A DNA stretch of 64,000 nt from an uncultured Acidimicrobiia bacterium (GTDB taxonomy: Bacteria > Actinomycetota > Acidimicrobiia > Spongiisociales > DATADW01): assembly GCA_963826825.1 (NCBI GenBank), contig CAWGYV010000005.1:10948-74947 (forward strand). The letters run 5' to 3'. The position numbers were made by a program, and so were the translations under genes. Positions 32,091-42,373 of this stretch are shown piece after piece. Below the pieces are notes generated by a model. That model did no database searches, was not told where the DNA came from, and worked only from the letters and a program-made list of their open reading frames with translations. The number at the start of each line of letters is the position of its first letter. Position 1 is the stretch's first letter.

Positions 32091-33276
32091 ATGCGAATCG
32101 GGATCCTCACCGGCGGGGGCGACGTCCCCGGGCTCAACGCCTGCATCAAGGCAGTGGTGGGTAGGGCAACCGAAGCCGGGCACGAGGTTGTCGGAATACG
32201 GCGGGGCTGGGGCGGTCTCGTCGAAGCCAACGTCGACGCCGCCGACGGGATGGATGCCAGCTTCGTACCGCTCACACCAAGCTCGGTGCGGACCATCGAC
32301 CGCTTTGGCGGGACCACCCTCCATACCTCGCGTACCAACCCGGCCAAGGTCGCCCAAGAGGACATCCCCGAGGGGCTCCGCTCCCGGTTTGGGTCAACCG
32401 ACAACGGCTCTGGCGACGAAGGCACCGGCGACAATGGGACCGCCGACCTGACACCATTCGTCCTCGAGGTACTCGAACAGCAGGAGATCGACGTCCTCGT
32501 CCCCATCGGCGGGGACGACACCCTTTCCTACGCGTTGAGGATGCACGACGAGGGGATGCGGGTGGTGGCCATCCCCAAGACCATGGACAACGACGTCCAC
32601 GGGACCGACTACTGCATCGGCTTCTCTACGGCCGTCACCCGGAGCGTCGAGTTCGTCCATGCGCTGCGCACCTCCACCGGGTCGCACGAACGGATCGCCG
32701 TGGTCGAGCTTTTCGGGCGGTACAGCGGCGAGACCTCGCTGATCACGGCTTACCTCGCCGGGGTGGATCGGTGCGTCATCTCCGAGGTCCCGGTGGATGT
32801 CGACCGGCTGGCGGAGTTACTGGTGGACGACAGGCGACGAAACGCCTCCCGCTATGCAATGGTCACCGTGTCCGAGGGTTCACGCCTGGTCGGCGGCGAC
32901 ATGGTCCAGGGCGGTGCGGCGGACGCCTACGGCCACCAGAAGCTTGGAGGGGTGGGGTTGGTGCTCTCCGGTCTCCTCGAGGAGCGCACCGGCGAGGGGA
33001 TCATCTATCAGCAGGTCGCCTACCTGATGCGCTCGGGGTCTCCCGACTCGCTGGACCTCATGGTGGCCACCAACTACGCGGTGATGGCGGCGGACCTGGC
33101 CGGCGAGGGTTCGTCCGGGCGGATGGTGGCACTGCGCAGCGGCACGTACACCAATGTGCCCATCTCGGTGACGCAGGGAGGGGGTCAAGCGGGTGGATGT
33201 CGACGAGTTGTACGACGTCGGCTCCTACCGCCCCAAGGTGCGCCACGTGGGCGGCAAGCCGATGTTCCTCTACTGA
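32091..33276 (+). CDS. 6-phosphofructokinase, PPi-type signature (GGDDT / PKTMDND); one frame change in a G-run near 33180
   Basis: ORF 32091..33557 gives [28 protein letters not shown] and IPKTMDNDV. Own translation gives the tail [30 protein letters not shown]-stop. GGAG lies 8 nt before the ATG. Confidence 0.85.
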
Positions 33277-34305
33277 TGGGGTCGATCGGCGTCCTCACCG
33301 CAGGCGGTGACTGTCCCGGACTCAACGCAGTGATCAGGGCGGTGACGGTGCGTCTCATCGAAGACCACGGCCGCACGGTGGTCGGCATCCTCAACGGGTG
33401 GGACGGTTTGATGAACGGCCGGGTCCGGTCGCTCGACCGCAACTCCGTGCGCGGCATTCTCCAACGGGGCGGGACCATCCTCGGCACGTCGAGGCTCGAC
33501 CCGTACGTCCACGGACGAGGGACTGAAGAGCGTCGCCGACTGCATCCGCAGGCATGAGATCGATTCCCTCGTCGTGGTGGGTGGTGATGGCACGCTCCGG
33601 TCGGCGCAGCGACTCGCCGAGGAGGGTCTCCCTGTGGTCGCCGTGCCAAAGACGATCGACAACGACATCGCAGGAACCGACATCACGTTCGGGTTCGACA
33701 CCGCCGTCCAGACGGCGACCGAGGCGATCGACCGTATCGCCACCACCGCCGAGGCGCACAACCGCGTCATGCTGGTCGAGGTTATGGGCCGCACCCAGGG
33801 ATGGATCGCCACCTACGCCGGGATGGCGGGCGGTGCGGACGCGGTGCTCATCCCCGAGATCCCGTACGACCTGAACGCGGTCTCCGACGTGATTCTCACC
33901 CGGAGGGACCGCGGGAAGAACTACTCGATCGTCGTCGTCGCCGAGGGGATCCCGCCCCCGGAGGGGACCGAGACCGCCCCGCTTCCCGTGGACGTCTTCG
34001 GTTTCGCCCGTCTCGGCGGGGTCGCCTACCTGATCGCCCCCATCTTGGAGGAGAAGACCGGGTTCGAGGCGAGGGTCACTGTCCTCGGCCACCTCCAGCG
34101 CGGTGGCACGCCAACTGCCTTCGATCGGGTCCTCGGGACGCGGTTCGGCGCCGCCGCTGCCGACCTTGCGGTCCAAGGCGCCTCAGGGATGATGGTCGCG
34201 CTCCGTGGCAACAAGATCGAGGCAATCCCGCTCAGCGAAGCCACCTCCGCCATTCGGGGCATCGACCCGGCCATCTACAACGTCGCCACAACCTTCTTCG
34301 GGTGA
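33276..34305 (+). CDS. pfkA: 6-phosphofructokinase, actinobacterial ATP-type signature (GGDGT / PKTIDND); one frame change near 33520
   Basis: [18 protein letters not shown] is in the tail of ORF 32091..33557. [20 protein letters not shown] and GHLQRGG are in ORF 33574..34305. The ATG shares its A with the upstream TGA (TGATG). Confidence 0.85.
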
Positions 34306-34308
34306 GGT

Positions 34309-34327
34309 GCCGCTGCTTCGCAGCGGC
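34309..34327 (+). terminator. hairpin GCCGCTGC-TTC-GCAGCGGC, 4 nt after the pfk stop
   Basis: Read directly. 8-bp GC stem, no U-tract. The heptamer array follows immediately. Confidence 0.45.
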
Positions 34328-34362
34328 GTAGTGGGTAGTGGGTAGTGGGTATTGGGTACGTG
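34328..34362 (+). repeat. tandem heptamer array GTAGTGG x3, GTATTGG, GTACGTG; contains a G3N4G3N4G3N4G3 motif
   Basis: GGG tracts lie at 34333-35, 34340-42, 34347-49 and 34354-56. The array fills the gap up to the rluD-like stop codon (34363-65). Confidence 0.95.
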
Positions 34363-35275
34363 TCAGCCGTCCGGGAGGGAGCCGCGGTGTGGAGCGCCCA
34401 GGTTCTCCAACCGGTCAGCCAGGTCGGGTGGAAGAGGAGCCGTGAAGTCGAGGTGCTCGCCGGTGACGGGGTGGGCAAGCGAGATCTTCCAGGCGTGGAG
34501 GAACATCCTTCCGTCGGCCAGCGGGACCCCGTAGGTGCGGTCGCCGACCACCGGAAGACCGATGGCAGCCAGGTGGACCCTGATCTGGTGGGTGCGCCCA
34601 GTCTCCAGGTCGACCTCCAGCAAGGCTTCGATCAGCCCACGATGCCGATACTCGGTAGTGGGTCCTGGCCGGTTTCCCCGCGGCACCGACCGCCCTGCGG
34701 GTTGGGTGGCGGGGGTCGCGCTCCAATGGGGCATCGACCGTCCCCGAGGTTGCGCTGGGCACTCCCCTCACCAAGGCGAGATAGGTCCGCCGGATCTCCC
34801 GTCGCCGCAACGCAGCAGTCAGCGCCAGGTGGGCATCGGAGGTTCTAGCGACGATCAGCACACCAGAGGTGTCGGCGTCGAGGCGATGCACCAACCCAGA
34901 CCGCCCTGGCTCACCGACCGTGGCCAGTTCGGGGTGTGCGGCGAGCAGCCCGGCGGCAAGGGTCCCCCGCCGCCGACCCGCACCGGGGTGCACCACCACA
35001 CCGGGCGGCTTGTCGATCACGAGGAGATGGGGGTCGGCATGGATCACATCGAAAGGAACCTCCTCGGGCTCCAGCGCGGGCGGCGGCGGGATGTCGTCGA
35101 TCTCGATGGAGACCCCAGCCTCCATGCGGTCCCCAGGTGACAGCCGTCTCCCACCGATCCGCGCGCCACCCTCCTCGACCAAGTGGCGGGCCACCGACCG
35201 GCTCACCCCGGCGAGCACCGCCACCACCTTGTCGGCCCTCTCTCCGTCGAGGTTGGTGGGGACCTCGATGGTCAC
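34363..35275 (-). CDS. rluD: RluA/RluD-family pseudouridine synthase (one frame change near 34660)
   Basis: S4-like N-terminus, VIDKPPGVVVHP and HRLDADTSGVLIVA are in ORF 34415..35275. LETGRTHQIRVHLAAIGLPVVGDRTYG is in ORF 34363..34734. Confidence 0.85.
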
Positions 35276-35747
35276 CGCTTTCGCAGCGATGCGATGAGGA
35301 GCACCGCCACGCCGAAGGTGATCGAGGCGTCGGCGATGTTGAAGGTCGGGAAGTTACGGAGTTGCAGCCAGTCGATGACCCTCCCGTCGAGGAAGCCATC
35401 GCCGCGGACGATACGGTCGACCAGGTTGCCGACGGCGCCGCCCATGATGAGGCCGAACCCGACGGTTTCCGCCCAACCCGTGTTCCTGGCCAGCATCACC
35501 GCCAGAACTCCGGTCGCCAGGATCGCCGCCGAGCCCAGGAACGGACCGGCGTTCTGGAAGATGCTGAAAGCAGCACCGGGGTTCTGCTCGAGATGGAGGC
35601 CGAACAACCCAGGGATGATGACGATGTCACCCGTCACCAAGGTTCGCTCGGCCCACATCTTCGACCATTGGTCGAGGATGACCACCGCCAGCGCTATAGC
35701 CACCCCGACGGGGAGGTTGCGCTTCAGGCCCGGGAAGCGTCCTTCAC
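35272..35747 (-). CDS. lspA: lipoprotein signal peptidase II (start uncertain, 35702-35805)
   Basis: ORF 35272..35805(-) has four TM segments, NPGAAFS, VGNLVDR and FPTFNIADASITFG. I picked the GTG at 35747 to limit overlap with the dksA-like gene. Confidence 0.8.
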
Positions 35748-36095
35748 GCACAGGGTGGCGTAGGGAAGAGCCTCCAGCCTCGCCACCGGGATCGGTTGCC
35801 CGCATACCTCACAAGTTCCGTAGGTTTTGTCGGCCAGCCTGCGCAGGGCGTGCTCAACCTTGCGAAGGAGGTCGCTGGCATTCTGATCGATTGAGAGTTC
35901 CTTCTCGAACTCGAAGGCCATCGAACCGGCCTCGGCGCTGGCCGGTTCGGGACTTCGTTCTGCTGAGGTCTCCGACAAGCGCGCCTCCTCGCGCTCCTGC
36001 TCGTGCTCCTCGAGCAGGGCGGTGATCCGGTCGCGCTCCTCCTCGAGGGCGGAACGGAGGCGCTTGATCGTGTTCGGTGCCAGTTCGCGTGTCAT
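35724..36095 (-). CDS. DksA/TraR-family C4 zinc-finger protein
   Basis: Uninterrupted 123-aa ORF with a coiled-coil N-part and CEVCGQPIPVARLEALPYATLC. Confidence 0.7.
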   Translation of the reverse strand: MTRELAPNTIKRLRSALEEERDRITALLEEHEQEREEARLSETSAERSPEPASAEAGSMAFEFEKELSIDQNASDLLRKVEHALRRLADKTYGTCEVCGQPIPVARLEALPYATLCVKDASRA

Positions 36096-36204
36096 CGGTA
36101 CACAGGGGTGGGGGGCGGCAATTTAGCAGCGCCCGGAAGTTGTCAACGGGTCCCCCCTGTGCAACTCGACCGGCCGGATCGCGGGCCGGCGGTACGATCC
36201 GGCG
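36096..36204 (+). promoter_or_regulatory. structured ileS leader (candidate T-box-like / translational switch; unconfirmed)
   Basis: Two mutually exclusive stems: CCGGCC(36170-75)/GGCCGG(36184-89), with an ATC in the loop, versus CGGATCG(36175-81)/CGATCCG(36195-201), which ends 3 nt before the GTG start. There is also a long-range CACAGGGG(36101-08)/CCCCTGTG(36154-61) pairing. I cannot see a clean T-box consensus. Confidence 0.25.
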
Positions 36205-39200
36205 GTGAATCCACCAACCCCGGCCAGCCCATTCCGGAGAAGGGATGCCCAGGTAGACCTGCCCGCCCTCGAGCGGGACGTTCTGGAGCTTTGGGACCGC
36301 CTTGACGCCTTCGCCCAGTCGGTGGAGATGCGTCCTCCTGAGTCGGAGTACAGCTTCTACGACGGTCCGCCATTCCCCACCGGGAGCCCGCACTACGGCA
36401 ACCTGCTCGCCGGGGTGATCAAAGACATCGTGCCCCGCTACTGGACGATGCGGGGTCACCGGGTGGTCCGCCGCTTCGGATGGGACACCCACGGTCTCCC
36501 GGTGGAGATGGAGGTGGAACGCGCCCTCGATCTCTCGGGTCCCAAGGACATCGCCGCCTACGGGATCGAGCGCTTCAACGCGGCCTGCCGGAGGGTGGTT
36601 CAGGCGAACACCGAGAACTGGGAATCACTCACCCGCAGACTCGGCCGTTGGGTCGACTTCGAGGACGACTACAAGACCATGGACCCCGAGTTCATGGAGA
36701 GCGTCTGGTGGGTTTTCCGCCAGCTCTGGGACCGCGGGCTGGTGTACCGGGACGTGAAAGTGCTGCCCTACTCCTGGGGTGCGGCGACACCGCTCTCCAA
36801 TTTCGAGGCGAACCTCGACTACCGCCAGGTGGACGACCCGGCGATAACGGTGCGGCTCAAAGTGGTGGACGCGAGTGGACCCGTGGCCGAGGGCGACTGG
36901 CTGCTCATCTGGACGACGACCCCGTGGACCCTGCCCGGGAACCTGGCCGTGGCCGTGGGCGAGGACATTCCGTACGTGTGCGTCGCCGTCGATGGCGAGA
37001 GATATTGGATAGCGGAGAGCAGGCTCGACTGGCTCTGGCCGCAGCCGAGACCGTCGGTGCGTGTCGTCCAGCACGCCCAGGGCGCCGATCTGCTGGGGAC
37101 CGGCTACCAGCCGCCGTTCGACTGGTTCGGTGAGGAGCGCGACAGAGGCGCCTTCAGGGTGATCTCGGCCGATGAGGTCACCACCGACGAGGGAACCGGT
37201 CTGGTGCACATGGCCCCGGCGTACGGCGAAGCCGACTTCGCCGCACTCCAGGCCGCCGGGCTCGACGTGCTGGTCGACCCGGTGGACGCCGAGGGCCGCT
37301 TTACCGAAGCGATCCCTCCCCTCGCCGGGACCACGGGTCAAGGATGCCGATCAGGAGTTGATCGAGAGGTTGAAGGTTGCCGGGCTTCTCTATCGGCGCG
37401 ACCAGATCCGCCATAGCTACCCCTTCTGCTACCGCACCGGCACCCCGCTGATCTACAAGGCGATCCCCACCTGGTTTGTCCGCGTCGAGGCCTTTCGCGA
37501 CCGGATGGTCGAGGCCAACAACAGGATCCACTGGGTGCCCGAGCACGTCGGTGCCCGGCGCTTTGGCAACTGGCTCGAGGACGCCCGCGATTGGGCGATA
37601 AGCCGCAACCGCTACTGGGGAAGCTGTATACCGGTCTGGAAGTGCGACCGCGGTGGCCACGAGGTCTGTATCGGGTCGATCGACGAACTGGCCGAGCTTT
37701 CAGGGGTCAGGCTCGACGACCTGCACCGCGAGCATGTGGACCCGGTCACCTTCGCCTGCGCCAGCTGCGACGGGACCATGCTGAGGGTGCCAGAGGTGCT
37801 CGACTGCTGGTTCGAATCCGGGTCGATGCCATATGGCCAGCTCCACTATCCCTTCGAGAACCAGGAGCGGTTCGAGCGCGCCTTCCCCGCCCATTTCATC
37901 GCGGAAGGACTCGATCAGACCAGGGGGTGGTTCTACACGCTCTTGGTGCTGTCCACCGCCATCTTCGACACCGAGCCCTTCCGCAACTGCGTCGTCAACG
38001 GGCTGATCCTGGCCGAGGACGGTCGCAAGATGTCGAAGAGCCTGAAGAACTATCCCGACCCCAACGGGATCTTCGACGAATTCGGCGCCGATGCCCTGAG
38101 GGCATATCTGATCAACTCGCCGGTGCTCCGAGCCGAGCCTTTCCGGTTCTCCCGCGACGGGGTGCGCGAGGTGGTGCGCACCGTCCTTCTCCCTCTGTGG
38201 AACGCCTTCTCCTTCTACACGACATACGCCGAGGCCGACGGGATCTCGACGACGGACCTGGCCGCTGCCCCGGCCGTGGAGGATCGGCCCGAACTCGACC
38301 GCTGGGTGCTGTCGGTCCTCCAGAGCCTGGTTGCCGAAGTCAACCGGCAGATGGAGGGCTACTACCTCTACGCCGTGATCCCGCCGGTACTCGGGTTCAT
38401 CGACGATCTGACCAACTGGTATGTCCGACGAGCGCGCCGCCGTTTCTGGCGGTCACGCGGAGATGACGAGGCCGACAAGCTGGCCGCCTTCGCGACCATG
38501 CACGAGGTGCTGGTCACGTTTGCCACCGTGCTGGCACCGATCCTGCCCTTCGTCACCGAGGAGATCCATCAGGCGTTGGTGGTGACTCCGTCGGATGGCG
38601 GATCGCCGCCCGCGAGCATCCATCACGCCGACTACCCGGTCGCCGACCCGGTGCTGATCGACGTCGATCTCGAACTGGCCATGGAGAGCGTGCGCGCCGT
38701 CACCCGGCTGAGCCATGCCCTCCGCAAGCAACACGCGGTCAAAGTGCGACAGCCATTGCGTTCGGTGACGGTCCTCACCCGCTCTCCCGAGGTGGAGCAG
38801 GCGGTCCTATCCCACGTCGAGTTGATCCGGGACGAGATCAATGTCCGCGACGTCGTGGTGAGGCACGACGAGTCGAGCCTGGTGAACCTCTCGGTGAGAC
38901 CCGACTACCGGACGCTTGGGCCCAAGCTCGGCGGCCGGGTCCGAGAGTTGGCCGAGGAGCTGAGCGGCATCTCGGGTGCGGATGTCGAGCGACTCCAGCA
39001 CGGAGAGAGGCTCACCATCGCCGGGATCGAGCTCGGGATCGCCGACGTGGTGGTGGCCGCGGATGCCGATGGACGGGGACGGTCGTGGCCAGCGAGGGCG
39101 AGCTGTCTGTGGCGCTCGACCTGGAACTCGACGAGGATCTGATTTCGGAGGGTCTGGCACGCGAAATGGTCAGCCGCGTCCAACAGATGCGCCGTGACGC

Positions 39201-39397
39201 CGGGTTCGACGTGACCACCCGGATCCGGCTCGTCGTGGAGCACACCCGATCCCGAGCTACGGAGTGCCATCGAATCCCACGAGGCCTTCATCGCCGCCGA
39301 GGTGCTCGCGGTGGCGACGACCGAGAACGGTGCTGCCAACGTCAAGACCGAGGTGAACGGGGCGCCGTTGTCGATTGGTGTGGAAGCGGTGAGCTGA
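36205..39397 (+). CDS. ileS: isoleucine--tRNA ligase (type 2), at least three frame changes
   Basis: FYDGPPFPTGSPHYGNL (HIGH region) is in ORF 36205..37416. KMSKSLKNYPDP is in ORF 37172..39142. The next part is in ORF 39085..39564, and own translation gives the final frame ...NGAPLSIGVEAVS-stop at 39395-39397. Confidence 0.95.
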
Positions 39398-39420
39398 CCG
39401 CCGGACCGACTGGGCGACTC

Positions 39421-40154
39421 TCAGCCTCCGCTGCGCTCCCAGGGGCGGGGCCGACCACCGGCTCCCCATACGGCCAGGCTCTCCTCCACAGCCCCGATCG
39501 GGTCGTCCTCGTCGGCTTCGCCCTCGACGTCGGTCGCGGGTTGAGCGACCTCTTCAACGGGTGATTCGGTCACGTCGGTCTGCGGGGGCTCGTCGGAAAG
39601 GTCGAGTACCTGTGTCGCCTCTGGATCGGGGGCGGGAGCGGGCTCCTCGCTCAGATCCACGGCCGGTGCCGCCTCCTCGCTCGTCCCGATCGCTTCGTCG
39701 AGTTCGGCCGCTACAGGGTCCAGCTGACCGTCGAGTTCGGTGGCCAGCTCGGCGAGCCGGCTGCGGAGATCCGACACCCGGGACTCTCATCCCAACCAGG
39801 TCCGAGTCGAGCCTTTCGCGCTCCTTGACCTGATCCTCGGCGAGCGCTCTGTGCATCGCGCTTGGCATCCTCGACGATCCGCTCCGCCTCGGCGCCCGCC
39901 TCGGCGATGACCGCCTGGGCACGACGCCGGGCATCGACCAGGGCTTCGGTGACCGCCTCGCGCTCCTCGCGCAAACGGCCAACTTCCGCCTCCATCGCCG
40001 CGGCGCGGCCCTCGGCGGCGCGCGCCCTACCTTCGTACTCGGTGAGCGAGGCAACCACCTCGTCGAGGAAGTCGTCGACTTCGCCCTGGTCGTAGCCACG
40101 GCGCATCGACTCTCGAAACGTCTTCTGTTGGACTTCCATCGGCGACAACGCCAT
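39421..40154 (-). CDS. divIVA: DivIVA/Wag31-family cell division protein (at least two frame changes)
   Basis: MALSPMEVQQKTFRESMRRGYDQGEVDDFLDEV is in ORF 39711..40154. The coiled coil continues in ORF 39554..40099. The acidic tail is in ORF 39421..39777. Confidence 0.85.
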
Positions 40155-40223
40155 CGGGTGCCTCCCGCGGTCGGTCGTCGGAGGTTAACCCTGGTCGGGT
40201 CCCCAACCCTGGGATTGCTCAGT

Positions 40224-40245
40224 GTTAGCCCGTGGGGGGGACGAC
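40224..40245 (+). repeat. copy 1 of direct repeat GTTAGCCCGTGGGGGGGACGAC; its G7 run pairs with a following C7 run
   Basis: Read directly. G7 40234-40240, ACGA, C7 40245-40251, TACA, then a second C7 at 40256-40262. A CGCCGGC/GCCGGCG stem follows at 40262-40288. Confidence 0.9.
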
Positions 40246-40321
40246 CCCCCCTACACCCCCCCGCCGGCCCGCAGTCCGCTCGCCGGCGCTTGGAAGGTGC
40301 TGGCGCGTCCGGTTGATCACC

Positions 40322-40342
40322 GTTAGCCCGTGGGGGGACGAC
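40322..40342 (+). repeat. copy 2 of direct repeat GTTAGCCCGTGGGGGGACGAC (one G fewer)
   Basis: Read directly, 98 nt downstream of copy 1. Confidence 0.9.
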
Positions 40343-40354
40343 GGTCCGCGGTCT

Positions 40355-40389
40355 AAGTACTAAGTACTAAGTACTGAGTACTAAGTACT
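40355..40389. repeat. tandem heptamer array, AGTACTW family (AAGTACT x3, GAGTACT, AAGTACT)
   Basis: Read directly. Confidence 0.95.
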
Positions 40390-40413
40390 GCGAGCGCTGC
40401 GAGCGAAGCGAGC
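40390..40413. repeat. 9-nt tandem repeat GCGAGCGCT GCGAGCGAA GCGAGC
   Basis: Read directly. It ends 2 nt before the yggT stop codon (40416-18). Confidence 0.9.
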
Positions 40414-40415
40414 CT

Positions 40416-40667
40416 TCAGCAGAGAAACGATCGCAGCAGAGCGATCCCGAGGAAGAGGATCAAGGGCGACAGGTCGAGCCCGACCGATCCCAGCCGCACA
40501 TTGGGGAGGACCGCTCTTATGGGCCGGAGGATTGGGTCGACCACCAGCGAGAGGGCGTGGCGGACCCTCCCCACCGGGTGGTCGCTCGGGACGTCGAAGA
40601 AGCTGAGGACTATCCGGGCGAGGATGACGAGCGAATAGATGAAAAGCAGTTGGCAGACAAGGGTCAT
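40416..40667 (-). CDS. YggT-family membrane protein
   Basis: Uninterrupted 83-aa two-TM ORF in the conserved position between sepF and divIVA. Confidence 0.8.
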   Translation of the reverse strand: MTLVCQLLFIYSLVILARIVLSFFDVPSDHPVGRVRHALSLVVDPILRPIRAVLPNVRLGSVGLDLSPLILFLGIALLRSFLC

Positions 40668-40673
40668 CCTGTG

Positions 40674-41211
40674 TCAGGAGGCCGATTCAGGTAGCTCGTA
40701 CAACCCCTGTCCCTCGAGCCGGCGCTGCTCCTCCTGGCCGAGCGTCACCCGTGGGGGGAGCACCAGCACCACGCCGTCGGTGGTCTTCGCCATCGTCCCG
40801 TCGAGGGCATAGGTCAACCCGCTGGCGAAGTCGATGATGCGACGCACCATGTCCGGGTCGGTCGACCTCAGGTCGAGCACCACCGGTGTCCGTTCCCTGA
40901 TCCGATCGGCCAGCACCTTGGCATCGCCGAAGTCGGTGACCCGCACCACGTCGCTCTGCACGTCGGTGGGCCGGACCGGCCGCACCGAGCCCGAGGGGGC
41001 GTCGTGGCCGCCCCTCCCCGGATACCACCACCGGCCTCGATCCCGCACCGACCGGGGGCTCAACCCGTCGCCCGGCAACCGTGTCGCGATTCGGCTGTTG
41101 ACCTTTGGTGTTCTGACGGGTCGTCGGGGGGCGTGTCGAGCGGGCGGCCGCGGAAGGTCTGGACTCGACCTCCTCGTCGAGCTGCTCCTCGTCCACCAGC
41201 CCGAGGTACAT
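40674..41211 (-). CDS. sepF: cell division protein SepF (one frame change)
   Basis: N-terminus MYLGLVDEEQLDEE is in ORF 40687..41211. The conserved C-domain VVRVTDFGDAKVLADRIRERTPVVLDLRSTDPDMVRRIIDFASGLTYAL is in ORF 40674..41078. Confidence 0.8.
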
Positions 41212-41235
41212 CAGACGTCTTCTGCCACAGCGAGC

Positions 41236-41902
<667 letters not shown>

Positions 41903-41929
41903 CGGCGCGCCCTTCCCGGTCCGACGTCC

Positions 41930-42373
41930 CTAGGCGCTGTCCGCCTTTTCCTGCGGCGGCTCGAGCATGTAGTACTCGGTGAATTCGGAACACCGACCGT
42001 CTGGAGCGAACCGGAGCAGGTAGACGTTGTGGAAGGTCTCCTCCGGCTGGTCGCCTTTGGCGAGGTAGCGGCTCCAGCCGATGGCGACCGCCCGGTCCCC
42101 ATCGATCGCGTACGGCTCGTAGCTCGCCTCCCACCCGTCGGGGTCGTCGGGCTCGTCCAGCCAGTTGGCGACGATCGCCTCGCGCCCCTGGAGGGCACGG
42201 GACCCGACGTCGTATGGGTGATGCAGGTAGACGGCATCATCGGTGAACAGGCCTTCGATAGGACCGGCATCGTTGGCTCGCCATGCCGCCACATAGCGGT
42301 CCAGCCACCCCTGGAGGTCGTCGTGGTTCATGGAGAGGATGGTAGGCGAGTGCTCTTCGCTTGAGCGGGTCAC
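41930..42373 (-). CDS. NTF2/SnoaL-like fold protein, hypothetical
   Basis: Uninterrupted 147-aa ORF. LQGWLDRYVAAWRANDAGPIEGLFTDDAVY resembles SnoaL-like N-termini. The start may instead be the internal ATG near 42331. Confidence 0.5.
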   Translation of the reverse strand: MTRSSEEHSPTILSMNHDDLQGWLDRYVAAWRANDAGPIEGLFTDDAVYLHHPYDVGSRALQGREAIVANWLDEPDDPDGWEASYEPYAIDGDRAVAIGWSRYLAKGDQPEETFHNVYLLRFAPDGRCSEFTEYYMLEPPQEKADSA

